The notes under the pieces are model-generated. The model saw only the letters and a program-made list of their open reading frames with translations. It searched no databases and was not told the DNA's origin. The position numbers and the translations under genes are program-made. Positions 1-12,900 of a DNA stretch of 64,000 nt are shown piece after piece (position 1 is the stretch's first letter; each line of letters starts with the position of its first letter). The stretch is from Macrostomum hystrix. Taxonomy: Eukaryota; Animalia; Platyhelminthes. Where the stretch lies: assembly GCA_950097015.1 (NCBI GenBank), contig CATNEN010000038.1, positions 1,240,001 through 1,304,000 of the forward strand. Reading direction: 5' to 3'.

Positions 1-1260
1 ATGCCATCGGACAGCCTTGGCGACAAGCTTCGACGGATGGAATCGCCGGCAGTTGAAGCCGCCGACGCCGATGTCGACGCTCGGCCGAATAATTCGACAA
101 CGACTGCGGCGGCGAATGAGACAGAAGCCGCGGGAGAGGAGAGTCCGACAAGGCAGGGACTGCTTTCCGCGGCTGGCGGCGCGAATGACGAGAAATCGAT
201 TTGTGAGTGCGCGACTGCCCTTTGCTTTCCTGTGGGTGCTGTTCCCTTGTGGGATCCAAAATATGTCTAGTCCAGCAGCCGCACACTCTTCACCTTCAAC
301 TGCTTTCAGCAATGTCACCCCAATCTTATTTGCTCAAGAAATCTGACTCACAGAAAATCTCAATCTCAACCTCAATCTCACTCCCAATCTCATTACCGTT
401 AATCTCAACCCGTCGAGAGTCCCATCTCCAATTTTGCCCCTGTAACAATCACACATTTAATCATTCTACCCTTCTATCATTCTATCATTGTACTTCCACA
501 ATGTCACCTTCAATCTTAACTTTCCCACAATCTCACCACTACAATCTCACCCTGGTGAGAATCTCACCTTAATACAATCTCACGCCAGTAACTATCACGC
601 CTTGAATCTCACCCCCCCTAACAGTCTCTCACCCCTCCCACAAACTCACCCCTTCTAAAATCTCACCCCTCCTACAAACTCACCCCTCCCAAAACTAACC
701 CCTACGAGAATCTCACCCCTCCTACAAACTCACCCCTCCCAAAACTAACCCCTACGAGAATCTCACCCCTCCTACAAACTCACCCCTCCCACAAACTCAC
801 CCCTCCGACAATCTCACCCCTCCTACAATCTCACCCCTCCCACAATCTCACCCCTCCCACAAACTCACCCCTCCTACAATCGCACCCCTCCTACAATCTC
901 ACCCCTCCTACAATCTCACCCCTCCTACAATCTCATCCCTCCCACAATCTCACCCCTCCTACAATCTCATCCCTCCCACAATCTCACCCCTCCTACAAAC
1001 TCACCCCTCCTACAATCTCACCACTCCCACAATCTCACCCCTCCCACAATCTCACTTCAAATCTCACCCTCCGACCATCCATCAGGCTGCGGCCCCTCCA
1101 GCCGCCGTCCGACCGTGGCTGGCGCCCCCACGGTGCTGCATTATCACCTGGAGGACCGCACGCGGCCGCTTCGCAACTATACTTTCCGATCCAAGCCCCA
1201 GCAAACTCGCTTCCTGAATGAGCAGCCGCAGCAATTGCCACAGCCTTTTACTCAGCAGCA

Positions 1261-1293
<33 letters not shown>

Positions 1294-4200
1294 GCAGCTG
1301 CGGCATCACGACCGACTGCCGTATCGAATGCGCGTGTCCGAGTTCTTCAGCGCCCCCATCACCCGCTACTGGCTTCACCTGATGTCCTACACCTTCTTTA
1401 TCGGCTCCTTTCTGTCCTACGCCCTGGTTGTCATGCCGCAGAGCCGTCTAGTCTGGCAGGAGACTGTGGTGTTCGCCTACATCAGCTCATACGCCTTGGA
1501 TAAGGTGAGAGAGATTAGCCAGAGCGGCGGTAGAGATCTGAGCACCAAACTGAGAGTCCACCTATCAGATGCGTGGAATCTGTACGACCTGTGCATCTGC
1601 GCCGTCTCCGCCACCGGCATCGGCACCCGCCTGGCCTCCTTGTGGCACTGCAGCTCCGGCCGCGCGTCTGCCTTCGACTTTTATGGCAACTACAGCCGGC
1701 TGCTGGCTACCGCTACTGCTGTTGACGATCCGGCCGATGTTGCCGAATTCACCTGGCAGTTTAACCTGTTCTTTTTCTCGCACAACATCATGGTGCTGGC
1801 TCTGGGCCTCTGGCTGCTGCGAGTTTTTGAAGTGCTGATCAACTGGAAGCACTTGGGCCCCTACCTGTACATGGTGGCCAGCATGATCAGCAAAATGCTG
1901 CCTCCAGTGAGTCTGCCTGCCTGCCTGCCTGTCTGTCTGTTCTAGTTGTCCGTCTGTCTGTTCTGGGTGTCCGTCTGTCTGTTCTGGGTGTCCGTCTGTC
2001 TGTTCTGGGTGTCCGTCTGTCTGTTCTGGGTGTCCGTCTGTCTGTTCTGGGTGTCCGTCTGTCTGTTCTGGGTGTCCGTCTGTCTGTTCTGGGTGTCCGT
2101 CTGTCTGTTCTGGGTGTCCGTCTGTCTGTTCTGTCCGTCTGTCTGTCTGTTCTGGGTGTCTGTCTGTCTGTCTGTCTGTCTGTTCTGGGTGTCCGTCTGT
2201 CTGTTCTGGGTGTCCGTCTGTCTGTTCTGGGTTTCTGTCTGTCTGTCTGTCTGTCTGTTCGAGGTGCCTGGCTGTTCTGTTGTCTGTCTGTACGTCTGTC
2301 TGTTCTGGGTGTCTGTCTGTTCTTGGTGTCCGTCTGTCTGTTATGGGTGTCCGTCTGTCTGTTATGGGTGTCCGTCTGTCTGTTCTGGGTGTCTGTCTGT
2401 CTGTTCTGGGTGTCCGTCTGTCTGTTCTGGGTGTCTGTCTGTCTGTTCTGGGTGTCTGTCTGTCTGTTCTGGGTGTCTGTCTGTCTGTTCTGGGTGTCTG
2501 TCTGTCTGTTCTGGGTGTCTGTCTGTCTGTTCTGGGTGTCCGTCTGTCTGTCTGCTTATCTGCTCATCGGCCTTCTCATCCAAACTCCAGGTGGTGATCA
2601 TCTTCATCCCGCTGTGCGCCTTTGGCATCGTCCGCCAGGGCATCCAGAATCCTGGCTACGACAGATTCAACATCACCGTAGTCAAGAGCATCATGCTGAA
2701 GCCCTACTTCATGCTCTACGGGGAGGTGTACGCAGACGAAATCGATCCCGATGGCTGGCACGGTCTCGAGAGCCTCATGCCTCTGCGTGCCATCGTGCCC
2801 ATCAGCATGGTGGTGTTCCTGCTGGTGACCGTGATCGTCTGCATCAGCATCATCATCGCCGTGTTCAACGACATTTATCATGAGGTGCACGAGAAATCCA
2901 AGCAGGTGTACAAGTACCTGAGGTTCTCCATCATCATTGAGTACGAGTCCATGCCGGTGTTCCCGCCGCCGTTCTCGCTGATCTCATGGATTTACCTGCT
3001 GGCCAAGTGGCTACATCGGAAGCTGAGGCGCAGCCGAGAAGAGAACTCAGGTAGGACGGCTTATCCAGGTGGTTTGGGTTTTTGCGAATTCCATCCGGGA
3101 GCTTTCCTTTAAAGCCATCTTAATTCTCATTTACACGTTTTTCGATACAGTAGCCTAGTAGTTAGGGCGTCGGACTCACGACTTGAAGGTCGGGGGTTCG
3201 ATTCCCGACTCCACTGGAACAATTTGTGTCCGTTAGCAAGACACTTAACTGTGCATTGCTTCAGTTCACCCAGCTGTTAAATGGGTACCAGCATCAGCTG
3301 GGATAATTGAAGGTGGGTGTGGCGTCCCCCCAGTCCATGGACTGAACAGCTGTACGCAGCCTTCAGATGCGCCGCGCAATAGCTGCGGCTGGGCTGTCGG
3401 CTGCACATCTGGCCCAATTGGGGCGGGTGTAATCAATTATTATATTATACGAGTATATATAATATTCGATACATATCGGCAGACTTCCAAGACAGCAGCG
3501 GCGCAGACGACGCTCGAGTGATCACCACGCTGAAGCTGTTTCTTCGGCCAGAAGAAGCGACCGCTCTGCAGCAGTTTGAATCCCAGTGCGTCCAGGACCT
3601 CCTGCTCGTGCGAGCCAGAGATGATCGCGGCGGCGGCGGCGGCGGAGCCGGAGACCGGCCAGTATTTGACGACTTCGGCTTCGGCGCTGGCACCTGGTCG
3701 GGGGGTGTTGATTCCACGTCCGCCGCGGCCACTGCGACAGCCGCAGCCTCAGCCGCGCGGGTCAGCGAACTCAACCAGCGGCACCTCCTGGCTGTTGTTG
3801 AGCGGCGCATCGCTGCAGCCGAAGCTGCGGCCACCGCGGCCGCCGAAGCAGCTGCCACAGCAGCCGCCGCAGTAGCCGCGGTGATCGGAGGTTCACCGCC
3901 ATCGACTGAGCAGCCGCCATCGCAGCCGCAACCTCCGACGACTCCGCAGCGCCAGGACTCGATTCGTCTGCAGCAGCGACAGCCGAGCGTTCGTCGGGCG
4001 CTTCGACGCGCGTCTTCGACGTCGGAGACTCCACAGCAGGCGGCGGCCGCGGCGGCCGCCGAAGCCGTCTCGGCTGCACCCTTAAACGTTCTGCTCGGCC
4101 TTCGGCCATCGGGAGCCGGGGTCGACTGCGGCTACACCAGCATCTGCGACACGATCGATCTGTTGCCACTGGCAACTGCGATCGCCGCCACCGCCGCCGA

Positions 4201-4750
4201 CACCTCCGAGACGTCAGTTGCGTCGCCGCCGCGGGCTGCTCCTCGACGCCTGGAGGCGACGCTGCGCGACGCAGAGGAGCGAGAGCGAGCCGCCCTCGGC
4301 ACGGCGTTGCGCCGTCGCCTGCGTCAGTTTAGCATCACCGGCGAGGCTCCCATCGCTGACGAGCGAGAAGAAGTCGATGAAGCAGCTGGCGGAGACGTCG
4401 GAAGCGTGCGCTTCGCAGCGAATGATGACGTTGCAGAAATCGACGAGCGGGACGACGACGACAAGGCTTCGCTGCAGGACGTCCTTCAAGACGCTCTGGA
4501 ACGCCTGGTGGACGCTGAGCTTCGCGACCGCGAGTCAACGGTTGGCCAGTTCGACGATGTCGACGATGACGACGGAGGTGGCGGTGGAGACGATGGAATC
4601 TACGACGAAGCCCTGATGATGTCGACCGCTGCTGCCGCCAATGTGTTCGCTGGGCCGTCTGGTTCGACCGTAGGCTTTGATTTCGGCGACCTGCTTGCTA
4701 ATCCACCGATGGCGCTGCCCGATGAAACCGAAGGTGAAACTGACGTGTGA
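1..4750 (+). CDS. TRPM: TRPM cation channel paralog A (5' partial); exons <1-202, 1086-1906, 2591-3050, 3483-4750
   Basis: EFFSAPITRYW pre-S1 motif, six TM helices, pore PYFMLYGEVYADEID, IAVFND S6, TRP helix and PVFPPPF. GT-AG sites are phase-consistent (1,0,1) and match paralog B. Confidence 0.9.
605..1070. repeat. Intronic 17-bp minisatellite (TCTCACCCCTCCTACAA)n, degenerate 5' edge
   Basis: Tandem units read directly, e.g. starts at 914, 931, 948. Confidence 0.9.
1925..2553. repeat. Intronic 21-bp minisatellite (GTGTCCGTCTGTCTGTTCTGG)n
   Basis: Direct tandem repeat; source of the spurious SVCLFWV ORFs. Confidence 0.95.
3150..3464 (+). mobile_element. tRNA-derived SINE family 1 (MetaSINE-like central domain), copy 1
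   Basis: A box TAGCCTAGTAG, B box GGTTCGATTCC, central GTGTCC..AGCAAGACACTTAAC..CACCCAGCTG..AAATGGGTACC, AT-rich tail. TSD TTCGATACA at 3141-3149 and 3465-3473. Highly similar to 59040-59351. Confidence 0.88.
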
Positions 4751-4927
4751 CCGCTCACTGCTAGAAATTGCCACATTTATCGCCTGGCAGGCGATCGTGA
4801 ATCAAATCAAGTTTTTTATTCATTTTTTGCGGTTCTCTGATTGCCAATGTTAAAGGTCCTTAAAGAGTTAACGATTGTACTTTGACAATAGACCTTGGCC
4901 TTTTTGTAAATAATTAAACGTCTGGAT

Positions 4928-5410
4928 CAGGGGTTGACAAACTTATTAGCTGGCTGGCCAAAGAGAGAACCTAAAAGATGGACCGCATTGACTGTAGAAA
5001 TATGAGACAAGGGAGAGATTAGATGTTCAGATGAGACAGTGGAAATATGAAACAGGGAAGAGATTAGATGTTCAGATGAGACAGGAAGAGATTAGACAGT
5101 GGTGGGATAAGACAGTGAAGAGATTAGACAGTGGTGGGATAAGACAGTGAAGAGATTAGGCAGGGGAGGGATAAGACAGTGAAGAGATTAGGCAGGGGAG
5201 GGATAAGACAGTGGAGAGATTAGGCAGTGGTGGGGTAAGACAGTGAAGAGATTAGGCAGTGGTGGGGTAAGACAGTGAAGAGATTAGGCAGGGGAGGGAT
5301 AAGACAGTGGAGAGATTAATACAGGATGCTGTAGGTGTCGGAAGGGGCAACGGGCCGGATTTAGGAGCTTCGAGGGCCGCATCTGGCCCGCGGGCCGGAG
5401 CCGACCCCTG
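4928..5410 (-). mobile_element. Non-autonomous hAT (Charlie-like) MITE with internal 32-bp minisatellite, degenerate copy
   Basis: Ends CAGGGGTTG...CGACCCCTG; subterminal GGCCCGCGGGCC block; imperfect 8-bp TSD GTCTGGAT/GTCTTGAC; reverse-complement homolog of 21456-22127. Confidence 0.8.
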
Positions 5411-5834
5411 GTCTTGACTGTGTACTTTTAAAAGTTTACTCGTCCATCTCCATCGACCATTGATCCCGTACAGCTTTAGTAGCGTGGGATTTTTGCGGTA
5501 TTTTATTTTTGCTCTGCAGTGCCCAATCCGACCAGTTTCTGTTTTATGCCTTGCCTTATCGATTTTTACCAATTTTGCTTCACTCAAATTCACGAAAGAT
5601 TAAATATTGGCCTTTTTGCCCACCAATTCAAAATTCTTGGCTTTAACCAACTTTAGTTGCCTCTATGAAAGACACGTTGGGATATTTTTATATTTTTTAT
5701 TTGCAGCTTTTAATCTCACGGTGGATTAAACAACTTTCCATTGATTTTACCGTCTGCATGTAAATTTACGAGTATAAGCATTGTCATTTTTTAGATGCTT
5801 ACAGCTAATTGATGGAGTGACGGGGACCACTCTG

Positions 5835-6533
5835 AACACCACCCCGACCAACACCCTCAGTTAACACCCCATTCTAAACACCACCCCGACCAACACCCTC
5901 AGTTAACACCCCATTCTAAACACCACCCCGACCAACACCCTTAGATAACACCCCATTCTAAACACCACCCCGACCAACACCCTCAGATAACACCCCATTC
6001 TAAACACCACCCCGACCAACACCCTCAGATAACACCCCATTCTAAACACCACCCCGACCAACACCCTCAGTTAACACCCCATTCTAAACACCACCCCGAC
6101 CAACACCCTCAGATAACACCCCATTCTAAACACCACCCCGACCAACACCCTCAGATAACACCCCATTCTAAACACCACCCCTACCAACACTCTCAGTTAA
6201 CACCCCATTCTAAACACCACCCCTACCAACACCCTCAGTTAACACCCCATTCTAAACACCACCCCGACCAACACCCTCAGATAACACCCCATTCTAAACA
6301 CCACCCCTACCAACACCCTCAGTTAACACCCCATTCTAAACACCACCCCGACCAACACCCTCAGTTAACACCCCATTCTAAACACCACCCCTACCAACAC
6401 CCTCAGTTAACACCCCATTCTAAACACCACCCCGACCAACACCCTCAGTTAACACCCCATTCTAAACACCACCCGACCAACACCCTCAGATAACACCCCA
6501 TTCTAAACACCACCCGACCAACACCCTCAGTTA
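5835..6533. repeat. 42-bp minisatellite (CTAAACACCACCCCGACCAACACCCTCAGTTAACACCCCATT)n
   Basis: Direct tandem repeat, about 16 copies. Confidence 0.95.
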
Positions 6534-6956
6534 AGATCCCAGATTTGGAGCGATATTTGTTGTTTCCGTTTTTTTCCATTTTCAAAGCGAAGTATTCTGC
6601 TTCCGCTAAGCGCATGAGTTAGCAGGTTATACAACTCTTCCTTTTGTTTTGATCTTGCTCTATTCGTTTTATTATTTATTATCGAGTCACTCTTGACTGC
6701 TGTGGTGCACTATTGGCTTGTTGAGAAGTGTTAGTTTTTTTTCACTAACTTTTGAGATCTCAATCGTGACGTAGTTTTCTGCTATGCGTTCTCCACGCAG
6801 CTTATTATTACTCAATTGCTCATTTAAAAAAAAGTGATATTTTGTTTTGTGCAGTTTAAATTATATTTAAAAATAACTTTCCTGCTCTTACTTGAGCCAG
6901 TTGGCTGAATAATCTTTTTCGAATGGCATTGTTCTTCAGAACTCTTCTCAGGACTG

Positions 6957-7640
6957 GCGTCTATCCTTCATTCTCCCCTGCGTCTATCTTTGATTCTCCC
7001 CCGTGTCTATCCTTCATTCTCCCCCGCGTCTATCCTTTATTCTCCCCTGTGTCTATCCTTCATTCTCCCCTGTGTCTATCCTTTATTCTCCCCTGTGTCT
7101 ATCCTTTATTCTCCCCCATGTCTATCCTTTATTCTCCCCCATGTCTATCCTTTATTCTCCCCCATGTCTATCCTTTATTCTCCCCTGTGTCTATCCTTTA
7201 TTCTCCCCTGTGTCTATCCTTTATTCTCCCCCGTGTCTATCCTTTATTCTCCCCTGTGTCTATCCTTCATTCTCCCCTGTGTCTATCCTTCATTCTCCCC
7301 CGTGTCTATCCTTTATTCTCCCCCATGTCTATCCTTTATTCTCCCCTGTGTCTATCCTTTATTCTCCCCTGTGTCTATCCTTCATTCTCCCTCGTGTCTA
7401 TCCTTTATTCTCCCCCATGTCTATCCTTTATTCTCCCCTGTGTCTATCCTTTATTCTCCCCTGTGTCTATCCTTTATTCTTCCCCGTGTCTGTCCTTCAT
7501 TCTCCCCTGTGTCTATCCTTCATTCTCCCCCGTGTCTATCCTTTATTCTCCCCTGTGTTTAACTTTCATTCTCCCAAATGTCTACCCAACATTCTCCCAA
7601 ATGTCTACCTAACATTCTCCCAAATGTCTACTCAGTATTC
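6957..7640. repeat. 23-bp pyrimidine-rich minisatellite (CTATCCTTTATTCTCCCCTGTGT)n just upstream of ALDH3
   Basis: Direct tandem repeat. Confidence 0.95.
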
Positions 7641-7770
7641 TCAGAAGTGTCTTGAGTAGCTGCGGCACTTTCCCGAATTCTCCCTCACACAATCTATCTT
7701 TCTCCCGTCTCCCTATCGGGCCAAGCCGAATCGTTGAACCCCTTCAATCGGTCCGCAGCCAGTAGTCGCC

Positions 7771-9373
7771 ATGGCAACAGCTCAGTCCGGCACCAACGCC
7801 CCGACCATCGTGGCCTCCCTCCGCGCCGCCTTCGCCAGCGGTCGGACTCGTTCGCTGGATTGGCGCCGCTCCCAGCTGGAGGCTCTGCACAACATGCTCA
7901 GCGAGCAGGAGGCCCGCTTTACCGAGGTCCTGTGGCGAGATCTGCGCAAGAACAAGCAGGAGGCTGCAGCTACTGAGCTGCTCATGGTGAAGAGCGAAGT
8001 TGCTAAGCTCTCCAAGGAGCTGCCCAGACTGTCTGCTCCGGCTAAGCCGCCGAAGACCTTCATCAGCATGATGGACGGCCTGGCCGTGCAGCCGCAGCCG
8101 CTCGGAGTTGCGCTGATTATTGGCGCCTGGAACTACCCCATTCAGCTGGCCCTGCTGCCATTGGCTGGAGCCATCGCTGCTGGCAACTGCGCCCTGCTGA
8201 AACCGTCCGAGATCTCCGAGGCTTCAGCAGCCCTGCTGGCTGAACTGCTGCCCAAATATCTGGATCAGGACTGCATCAAAGTAGTCTGCGGCGGCGCCTC
8301 CGAGACACAGCAGATCCTTGAGCAGCGATTTGACACCATCTTCTACACTGGCAGCTCCAGGGTAGCTCGCTTTGTGATGGCCGCCGCCAGTAAGCACCTC
8401 ACACCCGTCACACTCGAGCTCGGCGGCAAATCACCGGTGTACGTGTCTCATGGCATCGACCTGGACCTGGTGAGTTTTTGGCTATCTCATCTCACCTGTG
8501 CTGACCTCATCTCACCTGTGCTGACCTCATCTCACCTGTCCAGACTCTAATCTCACCTGTCCAGACCCCTTTCTCACCTGTCCCAACTCGGCCTGTCGCC
8601 AGGTGTCCAGCCGCCTGGCCTGGGGCAAGTTCATGAACGCCGGCCAGATTTGCATCGCGCCGGACTACGCCCTGTGCCCGCCTGACCTCGTCCAGCCGCT
8701 GGCCGACGCTGTTGCCGCTCGAATTCGAGAATTTTTCGGCCCCAATCCACGCGACAGTCCCGACTTTGGCCGCATTGTTTCGGACAGAATGTTCGACCGG
8801 CTGTCCAGCATCTTGTCCGACACCAAGGCCAAGAAGGTTGTCGGCGGCGATCTCGACCGCGCCGAGCGTTTCATCCCCCCGATGGTCTTCGTCGATGTGA
8901 AGCCGGACGACGCCCTGATGCGCGAGGAGCTGTTCGGCCCGCTGCTGCCGATCCTATCTGTGCCCGGCGGAGTCGAGGAGGCCATCGAGTTGATCAACGC
9001 CGGCGAGAAGCCGCTGGCGCTGTACGTGTTCACGCACGACGCCGCCGTTCGACGCCGCTTCGAGGAGTCGACCAGCTCCGGGGCGCTGGTCTTTAACGAC
9101 GTCATTATCCACGCCGGCATCGACACGCTGCCATTTGGCGGAGTTGGCGAGTCGGGCATGGGCTGCTACCACGGCGCCTACAGCTTCAACGCCTTCTCCC
9201 ACAGGCGCGCCGTGCTGTACAAGAACGCCAGCGCAATGTCTCGGACTATCGACGCCAGATTCCGCTATCCGCCGTACAACGACTCCAAGCTGGGCTGGGT
9301 CAACTGGGCCCTCGCCAGCAGCGTCGGCGGCGGCGGCGGCGGCAAAGGTTGGGGCTCCTGCCAGCTGCTGTGA
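7771..9373 (+). CDS. ALDH3: Aldehyde dehydrogenase family 3 (ALDH3B-like, C-terminal CaaX); exons 7771-8469, 8603-9373 (~489 aa)
   Basis: IIGAWNYP, LKPSE, FYTGS, ELGGKSP, catalytic NAGQICIAPDY, EELFGP, PFGGVGESGMG; ends CQLL; phase-0 GT-AG intron. Confidence 0.93.
8484..8585. repeat. Short degenerate intronic repeat built on ATCTCACCTGT
   Basis: Five CTCACCTGT copies in a 133-bp intron. Confidence 0.75.
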
Positions 9374-9901
9374 CTGTGCAGCCCGTGTCAACCGACTAGT
9401 GTAACTCCAATTCTCTGATTTTTTTCTAAACATATCGGATAGCAATTCTGATTGTTGTTTGATTCGACCTCTATTTCATCCCTTGGCTTGACCTTTGAAA
9501 TGATTGGCTATGAGAGGCTGCAGTGTCGTTTGTGTTTTGTCACGTGACTAGTTACTCTAATTCCTATTATTGATGTCCCTAGCAATGTGTTGTGCAATTA
9601 ATTCTCATGACTTTTTGATTATAACAAATATCATGTCTTCATTAGCAATGTCTTATTGTGGTTATAATCGTGACTGTTTTTGTGTCTGATTATGTTTACG
9701 ATTGTTTTAATTATTAATATCCATTATTATTGTTTGTACTCGCTATTGTGATAATAAACTAGAATTATTTAGATGTGTGTTTTCAGTTTGATTAGCAGAA
9801 ATTGAAATCTCGAGACGATGCGAATTCCGCTCTGTTAGTTATCATCGGTTGAGTAGTCTTAACGGGCCGATATTAAGTCTAATGTGGGTCCATGTTAGCT
9901 A

Positions 9902-12900
9902 GTGTCGCCATGCCATGCCCCCGGTCTCTGCCGCTTCTGAATCGGATCCGCCGGGTGGCGCCGGGGACCGTGAGGCCCAACGTCATCGGGCCCTAGCCGT
10001 ACCAGGTGGTCGCCTCAGGCTCGGCACGCTGAACTGCCGGACCCTGAAGGCCCCCTGGCGTCGCACTCTGCTCGTCCAGCTGGCCCACGACCTACAGCTG
10101 GACCTCATAATGCTGCAGGAGGTCTCTATTGTGGCGGAGCCAGGCCTTCAAAATGAGGACCTTGGAGCCGGATGGAGCCTCTTGTACACGTCGGCAGACG
10201 GCCGCGGGCGTGGCGGCGTCGGCGTGCTGATCGGACCGCGCCTTCGGCAGAGCGTGCACTGCGCCCCACTCTCCCCGCGTCTGCTGCGGGTTGACCTGCG
10301 CCTGCGCGCTCGCTGCATTCGGCTCTTCTGCGCGTACGCCCCTACGGCTGCCCACCCGGATGAAGCTCTCGCCTTTTTCGAGTTTCTGGCCGGACAGCTG
10401 GAAGAGATGCCAAACCGCGACACGCTGGTGGTGCTCGGAGACCTAAACGCAGTTCCACGTAGGTCCGAACGATCGCCTTTCGTTACGGGACGCGAGAACG
10501 CCAACACGGATGCGCTGGAGGACCTACTAGAACGGCTGGACCTGATGTCAATTAACACCCGTTTCCGCAAGCCACCGGCCCGCCTGGTCACCTTCGCGGG
10601 CTGCAAGAGGAGACGACGGAACGCGCGAGGACGGAATGCCACGAGGCGGCTGGCGCAACTCGATCATGTGCTGGTCCGCGCCCGCGAGCACCGCCGCGTC
10701 ATCAACTGCGACACCATGGCTCCGCTGGCTCTCCGGTCTGACCACCGACTCCTGCTCTGCGACCTGCGGCTCAACGACCCGCTCTACCGACCCCCGAAGC
10801 AGCGGCCACGGCGCTACTATCGTGCCTTGTTGGACCCCCGCGTAAAGTACCAATTCGCGGGCGCCTTCGCTGGCGCGCTTGGAAACCAGCGCGAAGCGGA
10901 GTACGCCGACATCAGCACTGCCGTGAGAACTGCAGCTGAGAAGACGGTCCCGCTGATGCGACCGGCGGAGCGGACGCAGCCAGTCTGGCAGAGCGATCCA
11001 ACGATCAGGCAGGCGCGGCTAAAGATCGAGCGACTCCGAAGATCCCGACGGCCCACTGGTGACGCCGAGGAGGCGCTCGCGCGTCTTCTGGACACGCGGC
11101 AGCAGGCCGCAGTCGACGACGCCATCCAGTCCATCACAGCAGCTGGCCCCGACGTTAGGAGCCGCGCAGTGTGGACGGCCGTTCGGACCCTTACGGGGCG
11201 CAAGAGGCGTGTGGCGCTAAATCTGGCCGGCGACACTCCGGAGGAGCGCAGGAATGAATTGCGCGACTTCTTCGCCGGCATTGTGAATGCGCCCTCGCCC
11301 CCGCTGCCAGCCAATTTCGCACTGCCGACGGACACGGCCCTGCCAGCTGAGGAGGATTTTCGCACCAGCCCAGTCACTGTGGAGGATGTTGTACGGTTCG
11401 CTCGGAGAACATCTGGCGGCAAGGCGCTCGGCCCCGACGAGGTTCCGGTCGAGGCGCTGCGGCTCCGCTGTGTGGCTTCCCAAGTCACAAGCGCCATGAA
11501 CCGCGTGCTCGCCGGCGCCCCTGCGCCCACCGAGTGGACCGTAGCACACATCGTGCCGATCCCGAAGAAAGCCGGGACAACGCGGAAAGAAGATCACCGC
11601 GGGATCTCGCTTATGTCCTGCACCGCAAAGCTTTTCAACCGACTGCTTCTCGATCGCCTGCAGTCGGTGCTGGACCCGTACCTCCGTTACGAGCAGAACG
11701 GGTTCCGGCCACAGCGCGGTACAGTAACCCAGATCCTCGCACTCCGCCGTGTCATCGAGGAGGCGCGCATCCGCCAGTCAACGCTGATCGTCGTGTTTGT
11801 CGACTTCCGCAAGGCGTTTGACTCGGTGTCGAGGGCCGCGCTTCCACTAGTCCTTCGTGCCTACCGGGTCCCAGAGCAGCTAGTCGCCGCTGTCATGTCG
11901 CTGTATCGCGACACGCGCGCTGCTGTTGTTACGGCGGACGGCCTGTCCGACCTGTTTGCCACCTCGTCAGGAGTGCTGCAGGGCGACACGCTGGCCCCGT
12001 TCCTCTTCGTGCTTCTCCTGGACTGGGTGCTTCGGACTGCGCTCCCCTCGGCTGAAGACGGCTTCCTGCTACGCAGACGCATCGGTCGCCGCCACGATGA
12101 GAAGCGCCTCAGTGTGCTTGGCTACGCCGACGACCTCGCCCTCCTGTCCTCGACTGTCGAAGGTGCCCAGCGCCAGATTGACAGGTTGGCTGAGGTGGCA
12201 TCAAGCGTCGGCCTAGTGATCAACACGCTTAAGACCGAGGTGCTGACCGTGCCGGCCGACATCCCAGCGGACCTGACGTGCCGCGGCGCAGACGGGCAGA
12301 TCATCTCGCTCGCACGCTGCCAGCGCTTCACTTACCTCGGCGGTCTGGTGCCCAACGTGGAAGACGACATCCGGCGGCGCAGAGGACTCGCATGGGCGGC
12401 CTACCGTTCGATCCGGGCCGTCCTCCAGTCCACAGCGCTGCCTGACCGCCAGAGGGCTCGGCTGTGGCAGGCGGTGATCGAGACCGTCCTGCTGTACAAC
12501 GCCGAGTCGTGGACGCTGACGGCTACGCTGGAGCGGCAGCTGGACTCGGCGCACTCGGGGCTGCTCCGTGCGGCCTTTCAAGCTGACGAGAGCGTCGGGA
12601 CGGAGGCTCTGTACGAGAGAGCTCAGCTGCAACGCCCGTCCACCATCCTGCGCCAGCGACGACTTCGACTAGCGGGCCACGTCATTCGGGCCGAAAGCTA
12701 CTGCCGCCAGCCCGCCCAGGACGTCCTTCTGCTCACCCTGCAGGGCCCGTTCAGGCGCGGCCAGGCTCGGACCCGCCGCTACGTCGACTGCCTGCTGAGC
12801 GACGCCAGGGCGCCCGACACTGCCTCCGGCGCGGACCATGTTCGCGCGCTGGCTCTGCGGCGCATCATTTGACGCCGCCCCCCTGACGTTTGGGGCTTGC

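Noticed and set aside
3150-3213. tRNA gene (also at 59042, 51184 and ~45591)
   Set aside because: The acceptor stems are incomplete, and the heads continue into SINE bodies with tails or TSDs or are too degenerate.
10092-12632. Antisense and alternate-frame ORFs over the LINE and the GC-rich exons
   Set aside because: These are expected shadows of GC-rich coding sequence and contain no recognisable motifs.
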